This document shows, piece by piece, positions 41,430 through 51,058 of a stretch of DNA of 64,000 bases. This stretch comes from a virus. The notes beneath the pieces were generated by a model. It was not told the origin of the DNA and made no database searches. It saw only the letters and a list, made by a program, of their open reading frames with translations. The DNA is taken from positions 8,829 through 72,828 of the IMG/VR virus record IMGVR_UViG_3300014039_000016, one strand, 5' to 3'. How positions within the stretch are numbered: the stretch's first letter is position 1; every line of letters starts with the position of its first letter. The translations under genes and the position numbers were made by a program.

Positions 41430-42179
41430 ATGAGCTATAGTATTGGACAATACAATAATATAAATGAATCTTTAGAGATTATGAGTCCTGTAAGCCAAAG
41501 CGGCGACCCATATGAAGTAGAGACTATAATTGAAGATACAGGTATTGTTTTTAAAGACCCCGCAGTTAAATTAAGTGGGGTTTTATCTAGTAATAACAAT
41601 TACTTTTTACATTGTAAAATAAAGCAACTTAGTACAGAACAAACTTTTTATGTTAAGCTAAGAACTGCGGACGATACAGAAACAAAAGAACAAAATATTA
41701 AAATTGTAACTGTAAAACAGGGTGCAGGATGGTTTGACCTTCAAATTGTTTTTAATCCGATTATAAATTCTTTTAATGAAATTTTATTTAGCTTAACAAG
41801 AAGTACGATTGATTATACAAGTACTCCAAGAAAACCAATTGTGATTTTTGAAGAATTATCTGAATTACAAAATCTATTAGGCGGAAGTGCGATTCCCGCG
41901 AGTGTGGTTTTAAAATTAGGAGTTCAAGCTGGACCTGGTCTTAATATGTGTATTAATGGAGAGGGCGTTATGGTTGGTAACAGCGGAAAGTATGAAGTTA
42001 ATAATGGAAAGGTTTATGTTACTTTCTTCTCTATTGTTACAACTGCAACAGATACAGATATAGAAGAGAAACAAGCTGAAAATAAAACAATTTGTTTATT
42101 CAATAGAGCAGATGGAGATAATAGAGTACGAAAAGTACGACCATTTACTATTGATTATATTTATGAGGAAGGAGAATAA
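41430..42179 (+). CDS. Hypothetical tail protein
   Basis: ORF with a GAAAGGAG RBS. Confidence 0.45.
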   Translation: MSYSIGQYNNINESLEIMSPVSQSGDPYEVETIIEDTGIVFKDPAVKLSGVLSSNNNYFLHCKIKQLSTEQTFYVKLRTADDTETKEQNIKIVTVKQGAGWFDLQIVFNPIINSFNEILFSLTRSTIDYTSTPRKPIVIFEELSELQNLLGGSAIPASVVLKLGVQAGPGLNMCINGEGVMVGNSGKYEVNNGKVYVTFFSIVTTATDTDIEEKQAENKTICLFNRADGDNRVRKVRPFTIDYIYEEGE

Positions 42180-42182
42180 TAA

Positions 42183-43862
42183 ATGGAAAGCTTTTATGGC
42201 GGAAGACAAGGTAAATCATTTATTTTAGTTGACCATTTTGATACAATCGCGGATATGGAAGAATGCTTTGCCGCAGGTGGTAGTACAACAGATAGAGTGA
42301 ATTATGGAGAATATGTTATTATTGATACCATCATAAATAGACATGATAAACAAGATTTAGATAATGGTAAAGTCTATATGCGTAAGATAGATAATACCGC
42401 AGAGTATATAGGTCAAATTGTAGGACCACAAGGTAATTGTCCTATTGTTGATTTTCAAGAGTTTAATGACCCAAATCATTATTTAACTGATGGTACACAA
42501 GTTTCTACTATTTCTAACACAGGGCTTGTACCAGGCAAAGATAGCGCGGGTAATTATAATGATAGTGTAACTACAAAATGGGGAATTATGAAAGACAAAT
42601 ATGGTAATGTAATAGGTTGTTATATTGGCTTAAAATTTCCTTATTTAGTTGAAGATTATACTGCAACAAGCGTTTCCGCATATGTAGATGCATCTATTGA
42701 TAAGATAGAAGATGAGCATCCATTTTATAAAAAATGGAGAATTAATGTTCCAAAGGGTATAAAAGGGGATGCTGTTACTGGAGTTGAAGTGGTAACAAAT
42801 AGCGGAAGACAGTATTATAGATTTACAATTACTAATTATGATAAGTCAACTCCAACAACAAGAACGGTTGATTTTGATTATAATATTATTAGCAATATCG
42901 CGGTTGCCGATAATGGTACTTTAACAATATCATTAACTTGCCATGATGATATTATATTTAGTAATAGATTAAGATGGATTGACCAAATGGCATTAAGTGA
43001 TGGTGGTGTCTTAAGCGTTAAGTATAATAATGTTAGTAGTTCAACAAATATTAATCAGAGTAATCCGATTAGATGGGTTAATAATATGAGCCTTGCGGCA
43101 GATGGTAAAGTTTCTACAGCATATAATACTTCATCAACACCTGTTGTTATTAATAATGATAATCCTATTAAGTGGATTGAATCTATATCATTTGCGCAAA
43201 ATGGTAAGGTTAGTGTAAAATACAATACACAAGAAACTGCAACAATAGTAAATAGTGAAAATCCTATTTTATGGATTGCCGCAATGTCGATTGATGATGA
43301 GGGTCATGTTGTTGCTACTATGAATGATAATAGTGAAAAGAAATCAACTGGTCATTTAAAATGGTTTGAGAATGTTACTCTCGCGGCAGATGGTACTCTT
43401 ACTTTTGTTTATCATAATTCAGAAGATGGTAATGTTACTTTTAGTAAGGCTATTAAATGGATTAGTGGTATTAAAGTTAATACAGGAGATAAGGAAGGAG
43501 AGGGAAATCAAAAACTTAATATAAGTTATAATAATGGAATTAATGAAGATGTTGGTAATCCTATTAACTATATTATGGAAGCTATTGTTTCTCAACCAGA
43601 TGTTGAAAATTCAACAGCGGAACCTTATCATTTATTGATTTTATACGCAGACCCCGCGTATCGTGCATCATTAACTTCGCCAGTTAGTTATCCAAGTAAG
43701 AAATTTAATACTTTAAGAACTGATTGGTTTGATGCTGGTATGATTCGTGGAGAAAAAGGAGAAGTGACTGGAGTTGTTCCAAGTCAGATTATCAGTGAAT
43801 CTGCGGATAGTCTAGTTGAAAATGGTATTTTATTAAATACAACAACAATAAAACATGCTTAA
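42183..43862 (+). CDS. Tail fibre or receptor-binding-like protein with a degenerate internal repeat of about 38 aa (NPI(R/K)W(V/I)...(L/F)AADGKVS)
   Basis: At least five repeat copies, and a terminator follows. Confidence 0.5.
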   Translation: MESFYGGRQGKSFILVDHFDTIADMEECFAAGGSTTDRVNYGEYVIIDTIINRHDKQDLDNGKVYMRKIDNTAEYIGQIVGPQGNCPIVDFQEFNDPNHYLTDGTQVSTISNTGLVPGKDSAGNYNDSVTTKWGIMKDKYGNVIGCYIGLKFPYLVEDYTATSVSAYVDASIDKIEDEHPFYKKWRINVPKGIKGDAVTGVEVVTNSGRQYYRFTITNYDKSTPTTRTVDFDYNIISNIAVADNGTLTISLTCHDDIIFSNRLRWIDQMALSDGGVLSVKYNNVSSSTNINQSNPIRWVNNMSLAADGKVSTAYNTSSTPVVINNDNPIKWIESISFAQNGKVSVKYNTQETATIVNSENPILWIAAMSIDDEGHVVATMNDNSEKKSTGHLKWFENVTLAADGTLTFVYHNSEDGNVTFSKAIKWISGIKVNTGDKEGEGNQKLNISYNNGINEDVGNPINYIMEAIVSQPDVENSTAEPYHLLILYADPAYRASLTSPVSYPSKKFNTLRTDWFDAGMIRGEKGEVTGVVPSQIISESADSLVENGILLNTTTIKHA

Positions 43863-43868
43863 TGCATA

Positions 43869-43897
43869 GGGCGGCTTAATTGCCGCCCATTTTTTTA
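43869..43897 (+). terminator. Rho-independent terminator (gggcggc ttaatt gccgccc followed by T7)
   Basis: Direct reading. Confidence 0.85.
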
Positions 43898-43909
43898 TTG
43901 GTCAAAGTT

Positions 43910-43939
43910 TTGTAATTTATTAATGAAGATTTTTATATT
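43910..43939 (+). promoter_or_regulatory. Candidate promoter (TTGTAA, an 18-nt spacer, TATATT)
   Basis: It lies between a terminator and the RBS of the 43966 gene. The match is weak. Confidence 0.3.
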
Positions 43940-43965
43940 ATATATAAATATGGAGGTGTTGTTTA

Positions 43966-44181
43966 ATGAGTAAAAGTGATTCATCTAAGTTCATCTCACA
44001 AATAACACTTGGAGAAGATAAAGTTGTATTAAAAGACCCAAATGCTATTGAGAGAGAAAAGGATAGTGATGTTGAAGCTGTTTTAAATTTTGTAAATGGT
44101 TTTAATATTTTTGGTATGAATATAACTTTAAACAAGGAAGATAATACAATTAATTTTGGAAAACAGGAGGGTGAAGAATGA
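43966..44181 (+). CDS. Small protein, paralogue 1 (KDPNAI...LNFVNG...FG...INFG)
   Basis: It shares a motif with the 44178..44522 protein. Confidence 0.5.
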   Translation: MSKSDSSKFISQITLGEDKVVLKDPNAIEREKDSDVEAVLNFVNGFNIFGMNITLNKEDNTINFGKQEGEE

Positions 44182-44522
44182 GCGATAAAGTAAGTACAAA
44201 AATTACTTTTGAGAATGAAGTTTATACTGTAAAAGACCCAAATGCAATAAATAAATATGAAGATAGCGCTGATTCTGATGAAGTACAAGGTCAGGGTGAT
44301 GTAACTGGAATTTTAAATTTTTCAAATGGAATGAAATTATTTGGAATTACCGGTGTTGACTATGATAAAGATACTGAAACAATTAATTTTGGAGAGTATA
44401 ATCCTAAAGATAATGCGCCAGTATATAAATTTAAGATAATGACAGAAAATGAATATTCTGCTTTAACTGATAAAGACCCTTATACTTTTTATTTATTAGA
44501 AAAAAGTAGTGAGGAGGAATAA
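44178..44522 (+). CDS. Small protein, paralogue 2, with a C-terminal EYSALTDKDPYTFYLL motif
   Basis: It shares the KDPNAI...LNFSNG...FG...INFG pattern. It overlaps the next start (ATGA). Confidence 0.5.
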   Translation: MSDKVSTKITFENEVYTVKDPNAINKYEDSADSDEVQGQGDVTGILNFSNGMKLFGITGVDYDKDTETINFGEYNPKDNAPVYKFKIMTENEYSALTDKDPYTFYLLEKSSEEE

Positions 44523-46426
44523 TGCAAGAATATTATTTAGATGGTAATGATAATAAAACTAAATCAAGTTTTTATCAAGATATCAATAGTGGAATATATA
44601 ATAATGTTGCTATTGGTAAAGTATATTTTGATAATAAATTACTGTGGACTGCACCAAAGAAAAAATATGCTATTATTAATATCTATCAGATGAGCAGAAT
44701 TAGGACAATAGAAAGTAATCAATATAATTATTTAACTTATGATATTAACTTTATAAAAGGTGTTCTACCAGAATATTACAATGTAGCAGAAAAAGGCTCT
44801 TCTGTTGCAATTTATGCAAAAGAAGGCAAATTTTATTCAACTGCAGATTATGCTTATTTTAGTGAATTGAGATTATTAAATTCATATATGGGGTTTGGTG
44901 GTGCTCCTGCAGAAGGGTCTATCACCAGTCAACCAATAGATATAGGTAATTCAAATATATGGTTTAATAAAAGTAATTATCATGGTAGTTATAATAATGA
45001 TGGATTTATGACTTTTTCAGATTGTTATTGGAATTATCAAAATATTACTTTTCCTAATACTGTAACTAATTTATTTTATACTTTTTCAAATGCTTGGGGA
45101 TTAACTTGGCAATTACCTCTTAAGTGTAGTGATTCTGTATTAAATATGTATTATACTTATTTTAATGCAGGTGGTGGTGTAGAAGTTATAGATAATAAGG
45201 TTCAAAGAAAATCAATAAATAATTGGAGTACTTTATGCTTAATGTATGAGGGCGGAATTGGCAATAATGTATTAGATATGCAAAGTACTTTTGAGGGTAG
45301 CTCTTTAACAACCCCACCTTGGCCTCATAGTATGAATAATTCATGGGGTTTTTTTGGTCCTAATACAGTAAAAGCAATAGCTACTTATCGAAGTTGTCCC
45401 GCTCTTAGGGAAGTAGGAATTGATTGGATGGGACATAGTGATTCTAATATTTTTCCTGCTAATTTAAAATATATTAGTCAAGTTTTTTATAACTGTCAAA
45501 ATTTAACAACTGCAGTAGTTGGAGTACAAGACCCGGCGAATACTTATATTTGGGAAGTATATCGTGATTGTCCAAATATAAAATTAATACTTATGGACCC
45601 AACAGTATCTAATTTTGGAGGCAGTATTTTTGGAGGTTGGAATTGGTGTATTGGCGGAGATTGTGCTTTACTTAAAGATAATATAATTTTTAGGGCTGGT
45701 GGCTGTGATAGCTTATTAAATGTTAGTGCTTTAGGTCCTAGTTTAGGTTATAATGCTAGAAAACAAGTTAATAATATGAGTTTTAGTATGTCATTGAATA
45801 TCGTAGATTTCTCTTATTGTGCAGATTCTTGCTCAAATCTAAACTATTTTGAATTTGAAGGCGAAAATGTTATTAATATAGCATGGTGCTTTAATGGTTG
45901 TAATAATTTAAGAAATGTATTTCAAAGACAGCCAATGCAAAATTGTAATACTGTAAATATGAGTTTTACTTTTTCTAATTGTCCTAAATTAGAATGTGAT
46001 GAAACTTTATTAATAACTTCAAAAAATTTAATGACTATTCAATGTTGTTATTTTGGCTGTACTAATTTAAAACATATTCATGACCGTTATATTACTAGTA
46101 ATTGGACAAGAATTGGCGGAGATAAATTAGTAAATGTAAGCGCTGCATTTCAATGGTGTCCATTATTAGGTGGTAATTATTATTTTGCTTCTGAAAATAT
46201 CATATATGGAGATTTATTAGGATATCAATCTTCACCTGGAAGAGGAAATATTTTAAATATTTATATTAAATCAAATACTTTAACGAATAATAGTTTTGCA
46301 AAACATTATGCAAAAAATATTTGGTCTAATGGAAATGGTTATGATGATGCTGCTAATAATATTTTTATATACTATGCTGAAAAACAACCAGAATATAATC
46401 GTTATAAAGAAGCTAATTGGGGATAA
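44522..46426 (+). CDS. Cys/Asn/Trp-rich leucine-rich-repeat-like protein (BspA-type LRR), probably a host-binding tail component
   Basis: About 22-aa C..L..(V/I)....F..C..L repeat units. Confidence 0.5.
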   Translation: MQEYYLDGNDNKTKSSFYQDINSGIYNNVAIGKVYFDNKLLWTAPKKKYAIINIYQMSRIRTIESNQYNYLTYDINFIKGVLPEYYNVAEKGSSVAIYAKEGKFYSTADYAYFSELRLLNSYMGFGGAPAEGSITSQPIDIGNSNIWFNKSNYHGSYNNDGFMTFSDCYWNYQNITFPNTVTNLFYTFSNAWGLTWQLPLKCSDSVLNMYYTYFNAGGGVEVIDNKVQRKSINNWSTLCLMYEGGIGNNVLDMQSTFEGSSLTTPPWPHSMNNSWGFFGPNTVKAIATYRSCPALREVGIDWMGHSDSNIFPANLKYISQVFYNCQNLTTAVVGVQDPANTYIWEVYRDCPNIKLILMDPTVSNFGGSIFGGWNWCIGGDCALLKDNIIFRAGGCDSLLNVSALGPSLGYNARKQVNNMSFSMSLNIVDFSYCADSCSNLNYFEFEGENVINIAWCFNGCNNLRNVFQRQPMQNCNTVNMSFTFSNCPKLECDETLLITSKNLMTIQCCYFGCTNLKHIHDRYITSNWTRIGGDKLVNVSAAFQWCPLLGGNYYFASENIIYGDLLGYQSSPGRGNILNIYIKSNTLTNNSFAKHYAKNIWSNGNGYDDAANNIFIYYAEKQPEYNRYKEANWG

Positions 46427-46439
46427 AAGGAGGGCTTAA

Positions 46440-48011
46440 ATGAAAAATTGGAACTTTAATGGTTCATTAAAAGAAAATAATAAAAGAGTTCTTACAGAAG
46501 CAGAAGGTTCTGTTAATATGATTAGTGCAAGAAAAGACCCCTCTGTATCTTTTAATAATGATAACGGTACATTAAAAATGACATTAAATATTCCCGGGGG
46601 TGGAGGTTCTGGCGGTGGAGGAGAAACTGAATCTGGAGTAGGTAGAACCTATGTTACTGAAAGTGGATGTAGCCGCGGAGAATATTTTAATGTTTATGAA
46701 GGTAGACATATAGGAAATGCTATAGGTAAATTTTCACATGCAGAAGGTGGAAATTTAATTAGAGAAAATTCAAGTTGTTGGCCGCATAATAATTGGGGCG
46801 GAAGAGATATTCAAATTGATAGAAACAAACCCGAATTTAAAAATCTTAGTTCATGTAAAATTTTTATAGAATCTTCTATTGCTAGTGGACTGAATTCTCA
46901 TGCAGAAGGATATGAAACAGCTGCGATTGGAGACCACTCTCATGCAGAAGGACAAGATACTGATGCAAAAGGACAAGCAAGTCATGCAGAAGGAAGACAA
47001 ACTGTAGCAGAAGGAGACTATTCACATTCTGAAGGACGCTATACGACAGCAAATGGAAATTGTTCTCATGCAGAAGGATATTATAGTTCTGCATCAGGTG
47101 TAGAATCTCATGCAGAAGGAACTTCTACTACTGCTAATGGTTATACTTCTCATGCAGAAGGAGGTTATACGACAGTGGAAGCTTCATATAGCCATGTAGA
47201 AGGTCGTAAAAACACTATCTCAGCATCTGGGTGCTCAAGTCATGTTGAAGGATTTAATAATAATCTTAAAGGTGCAAGGAACCATATTGAGGGTATGAAC
47301 AATACAATAAAAGATGATAACATTAAAGGTTCTCATATAGAAGGTGGCAATAATCAATATATTTTCGGTGTTTATAGCCATATTGAAGGATATAATAATG
47401 TGGGTGATGATTCTTATTATTCACACATTGAGGGTGAAAATAATAGAGATTATGGTAACCGTAATCATATTGAAGGATATAATAATGAATGTGATGATGC
47501 AACATGTTGTCATATTGAAGGAAAAGAGAATAGCACAGGCGATGGTGCTTCTGAAAATCATATAGAAGGTAGTTATAATAAATATAATTATCAAACTAGG
47601 TCTTTCCATATAGAAGGACAATATAATGATTTTTCTTATTGTAAAGGACCTGCGCATATAGAGGGTTATTCTAATAGCCCATCTATGTCTTCTTCACATA
47701 TAGATGATATAGATATGGATAGTACTCATATTCAAGGAAGATTTGCTAAAATAGATGAAACGATGTTTAAAACTCGTCCCTCATTTGATGAATGTAAAGA
47801 TTTTAAGTATGCTGATATCATAGGTGGTGGCACGAGTGGTTTAGATAGAAAAAATATTTCGCTTCTTGATTGGGATGGAAATCAAACAATAGCTGGTGAA
47901 TTATATATTAAGAATTCATCTCAACCTTTGATTAGATGCTTAACTCAATCAGAATATAATAGTTTAGAAACTAAAAATCCATATACTTTATATCTTATAA
48001 AGGAGGCTTAA
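46440..48011 (+). CDS. Tail fibre protein with a conserved N-terminal anchor (MKNWNFNGSLKEN...), a Gly-rich hinge, about 25 copies of a 13-residue His-containing repeat (xSHAEG / HIEG) and a C-terminal SEYNSLETKNPYTLYLI motif
   Basis: Direct reading of the translation. Confidence 0.6.
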   Translation: MKNWNFNGSLKENNKRVLTEAEGSVNMISARKDPSVSFNNDNGTLKMTLNIPGGGGSGGGGETESGVGRTYVTESGCSRGEYFNVYEGRHIGNAIGKFSHAEGGNLIRENSSCWPHNNWGGRDIQIDRNKPEFKNLSSCKIFIESSIASGLNSHAEGYETAAIGDHSHAEGQDTDAKGQASHAEGRQTVAEGDYSHSEGRYTTANGNCSHAEGYYSSASGVESHAEGTSTTANGYTSHAEGGYTTVEASYSHVEGRKNTISASGCSSHVEGFNNNLKGARNHIEGMNNTIKDDNIKGSHIEGGNNQYIFGVYSHIEGYNNVGDDSYYSHIEGENNRDYGNRNHIEGYNNECDDATCCHIEGKENSTGDGASENHIEGSYNKYNYQTRSFHIEGQYNDFSYCKGPAHIEGYSNSPSMSSSHIDDIDMDSTHIQGRFAKIDETMFKTRPSFDECKDFKYADIIGGGTSGLDRKNISLLDWDGNQTIAGELYIKNSSQPLIRCLTQSEYNSLETKNPYTLYLIKEA

Positions 48012-48013
48012 TA

Positions 48014-49174
48014 ATGATTTTTATGGGTACTTCTAATATACAAGATTTAAAATATGGTAATATAAATATTGCTTCTGCTTATTGGGGAAGTGATTTAATT
48101 TGGCAAAAAACACAACCAGATTATTCTAATTATAAAGCTTTTATTAATGTTGAAGCATTTGGAAATTTATTAAATGCGAATAATAATTTCCTTAGGCATA
48201 ATGTTGAAGCAATTCGCATGGTAAATGAATTAGGCGTTCAAACTGGAGAAACATCTTCTTTATTCTTTTTAGGTATGGAAAATAGAAGTAATTATTATGC
48301 AGTTGACAATAATATAACTAATATTATATATAAAAATGCAAAATATTATTATGATTCAAGAACAAAATTCTTAATTTTTCAAAAGCCTTCTTCTTTTGGA
48401 TATAAAAATATTTATTTTAGTACAAGCTATTTAGGCGGTTTATTTGAATGGTGTAGCAATTTAAAAGGACCTGTTACTTTTATAAATTATGATAGGGTAC
48501 TCTATATGGAAAATACATATCGAGGATGTACTAATCTAAGATATTCTGTCTGTGGGAATTATGTAAAAGATATGTATTATACCTATGAATATTGTACTTC
48601 TTTAGAAGAAGCAGTTTGCGGTCCAAGTGTAACTAATTTAGTAGGTACTTTTTCAGATTGTTATAGTTTAATAGAAGCTAAGTGTGGAGAGCGCGTAAAA
48701 GAAATGTTTCAAGCCTATAATAATTGCACCAATCTAGTAATCTCTGCATGCGGGAATAATGTTCGTAATATGACGTGGGCTTATAGAAATTGTAAAAATT
48801 TAGTAACTCCAACATGTGGAAATAATGTTGACATTTTTAATAGCGCATATACTAATTGTAGTAATTTAACAACAGCGGTTGTAGGTAAAAATGTAATTTG
48901 GTGGTCACAATGTTATCATTTTTGCGATAATATAACTGGAAATATTTATCTTGGAGACCACATTACTGGCATCGCGGCAGGTTTGAAGGAATGTTTTTAT
49001 CCTTATAATGACCGTTGGCTTATGAAGAATTTTTTCTTAAATTTTAATAGTTATACATATAATTCACTTATTCTTAATAGCCCTGATGGTATAGTTTGGA
49101 ATTACTGGGCTAATAATTTAGGTTGTGATAATGCTAAGTATAATATGTATGTATATTATTTAGATAAAATGTAA
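48014..49174 (+). CDS. LRR-like protein, with five consecutive 22-aa repeats of the form CGxxVxxMxxxYxxCxxLxxAx
   Basis: The repeats CGNYVKDMYYTYEYCTSLEEAV, CGPSVTNLVGTFSDCYSLIEAK, CGERVKEMFQAYNNCTNLVISA, CGNNVRNMTWAYRNCKNLVTPT and CGNNVDIFNSAYTNCSNLTTAV. Confidence 0.55.
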   Translation: MIFMGTSNIQDLKYGNINIASAYWGSDLIWQKTQPDYSNYKAFINVEAFGNLLNANNNFLRHNVEAIRMVNELGVQTGETSSLFFLGMENRSNYYAVDNNITNIIYKNAKYYYDSRTKFLIFQKPSSFGYKNIYFSTSYLGGLFEWCSNLKGPVTFINYDRVLYMENTYRGCTNLRYSVCGNYVKDMYYTYEYCTSLEEAVCGPSVTNLVGTFSDCYSLIEAKCGERVKEMFQAYNNCTNLVISACGNNVRNMTWAYRNCKNLVTPTCGNNVDIFNSAYTNCSNLTTAVVGKNVIWWSQCYHFCDNITGNIYLGDHITGIAAGLKECFYPYNDRWLMKNFFLNFNSYTYNSLILNSPDGIVWNYWANNLGCDNAKYNMYVYYLDKM

Positions 49175-49193
49175 AAGGAGGTTAAAATAATAA

Positions 49194-50063
49194 ATGAAGA
49201 ATTGGAATTTTAACGGCTCCTTAAAAGAAAATGGCACAAGAGTATTAACTGACGCGGAAGGTGTAGTTAATATGATTGGCGCTAGAGAAGATGCGGAATG
49301 CAAATTCACAAATGATAATGGAAAATTAAAAATGCTTCTTAAGATACCTGCGGGAGGCGGTACTGGTGGAAGCATAGATGTTGATGACGAAATTAGTGAC
49401 ATTTCTGAAAATCCAGTTCAAAACAAAGTTATTGCGGAAGCTTTAAAAAATGTAAAAATTCCAGTTGATGATGAAATTAATGCGGAATCTGAAAATCCAG
49501 TCCAGAATAAAGTGATTGCCGCGGAATTAGAAAAACTTTTTCAATCTGTCAGTGAAGGAAAACGGCTTATAGCACTCGCCATCACTGACAGAGGTGTTAT
49601 AACGAGTGCTACAGATAGTTTTGAACAAATGGCAAAGAATATTATGTCATTAAAGAGAAATGATTTAGATATTAGAATTTCTGATACATTCAAACCGGTG
49701 GCTCTTGGTGGTTTATCTACTACCAAGATGAAAGATTCTGTTAATGTTAAAACACAGATTCCTACTGGTGTATCATTTACAGAAGTATTTACTGGAATCA
49801 AGTTAGGTGGATTAAGTGTAGCTTCAATGACAGATACTGTTGCTATTAATGAAGTTATAAAGTACTATACTATTGATATTTCTAAGAAATCAAAGTATAC
49901 TTATGATAACAATTATGTTCTTACAGATACTAAGTATGAACTTAAAACAGATTATACTTATGTAGGAACAGAAGAAACTATTGATAGTGGTAGAATGGAA
50001 TATGTATCACTTGACTTCACTAAGTTTACAGAAGTTCAGGAGGTGAATATAACATGTGGTTAA
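49194..50063 (+). CDS. Tail fibre paralogue. It shares the N-terminal 55 aa with the 46440 protein and contains a 23-aa tandem repeat (DDEI.D.SENPVQNKVIA.EL)
   Basis: Alignment of the N-termini, and a 69-bp tandem DNA repeat at about 49381-49520. Confidence 0.55.
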   Translation: MKNWNFNGSLKENGTRVLTDAEGVVNMIGAREDAECKFTNDNGKLKMLLKIPAGGGTGGSIDVDDEISDISENPVQNKVIAEALKNVKIPVDDEINAESENPVQNKVIAAELEKLFQSVSEGKRLIALAITDRGVITSATDSFEQMAKNIMSLKRNDLDIRISDTFKPVALGGLSTTKMKDSVNVKTQIPTGVSFTEVFTGIKLGGLSVASMTDTVAINEVIKYYTIDISKKSKYTYDNNYVLTDTKYELKTDYTYVGTEETIDSGRMEYVSLDFTKFTEVQEVNITCG

Positions 50064-51046
50064 GATGGACAATTACTAAACTAAAAGGTTCTACTAATAT
50101 TTGTCAAATGGCAGAATTATACTTATATGATAAAGATGGTAATAAAATATCTTGGGCTTCGAGAACTACTGTTCATGCACCAAGTCAAGCTTCTTATTCG
50201 GGCAGTGAAGGTCCAGAAAAAATTATTGATGGAAATGTAAATACTAAGTTCTGTTTGTTAAATTTTAATATATATACTACAAGTGGTATGTCTATATTAA
50301 TTGAAATACCAGAAACAATAGATTTTACTTCTTATTCATATGTAACAGCTAATGACAGTTCAGAAAGAGACCCTATAAGCTGGATATTGGAATTAAGTTA
50401 TGACAATGAAACATGGTTCACAGTATCAGAGGTAACAGAAGACATCATCACTACCACAAGAAAAACAGAAACTCAAAAATGGGATATTAAAATGCCATTT
50501 GCTGTTAAATATTTAATTCAGTCTGATAATATATTATATACAATGGAAAACAATGAGCTTAAAGCATTAGAAGTCACTGAATTAACTTCAGAAACATTTA
50601 AAACATATGGTTCAGATATAGCACCAACATTTGATATTTTAAATGTGTTTATAAAACCAAAAATATATTGTTGGACAGATGACACACAACAACATGCATT
50701 AACTGCTTCAGTTAAAGCCACACCAAAACCACAGACTGTTATAACTAACGATATAGATTTATCAGACCCTAGTATAACAGGTATTGAAAAAGTTACTGCT
50801 GATTATACAGGTAATCCCACAATAGCTTGTAGCTTTGATAATGGAACTACTTGGAAATTATATAATGGTGTAGATTGGGTTGTATTAAGTGAAACTGAAA
50901 CAGGTATGACAATGGAAACACTATTAGCAATAACTACGGAAAACTGGACACAAATACTTCAAGGATTAACATCATTTAAAATGAGATTTACATTATCAAA
51001 TAAAGATGATACAGTTACTAATATAATCATAAACTTTACTAATTAA
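50054..51046 (+). CDS. F5/8 type C (discoidin) / CBM-like carbohydrate-binding protein
   Basis: The KIIDGNVNTKF motif, a beta-rich sequence, and an AGGAGGTG RBS. Confidence 0.45.
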   Translation: MWLRWTITKLKGSTNICQMAELYLYDKDGNKISWASRTTVHAPSQASYSGSEGPEKIIDGNVNTKFCLLNFNIYTTSGMSILIEIPETIDFTSYSYVTANDSSERDPISWILELSYDNETWFTVSEVTEDIITTTRKTETQKWDIKMPFAVKYLIQSDNILYTMENNELKALEVTELTSETFKTYGSDIAPTFDILNVFIKPKIYCWTDDTQQHALTASVKATPKPQTVITNDIDLSDPSITGIEKVTADYTGNPTIACSFDNGTTWKLYNGVDWVVLSETETGMTMETLLAITTENWTQILQGLTSFKMRFTLSNKDDTVTNIIINFTN

Positions 51047-51058
51047 AGGAGGATATAT

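Noticed and set aside
46882-47657. ORFs on other frames or strands inside the His-repeat fibre gene
   Set aside because: They are generated by the period-39-nt DNA repeat. Their translations are low-complexity mirror images.
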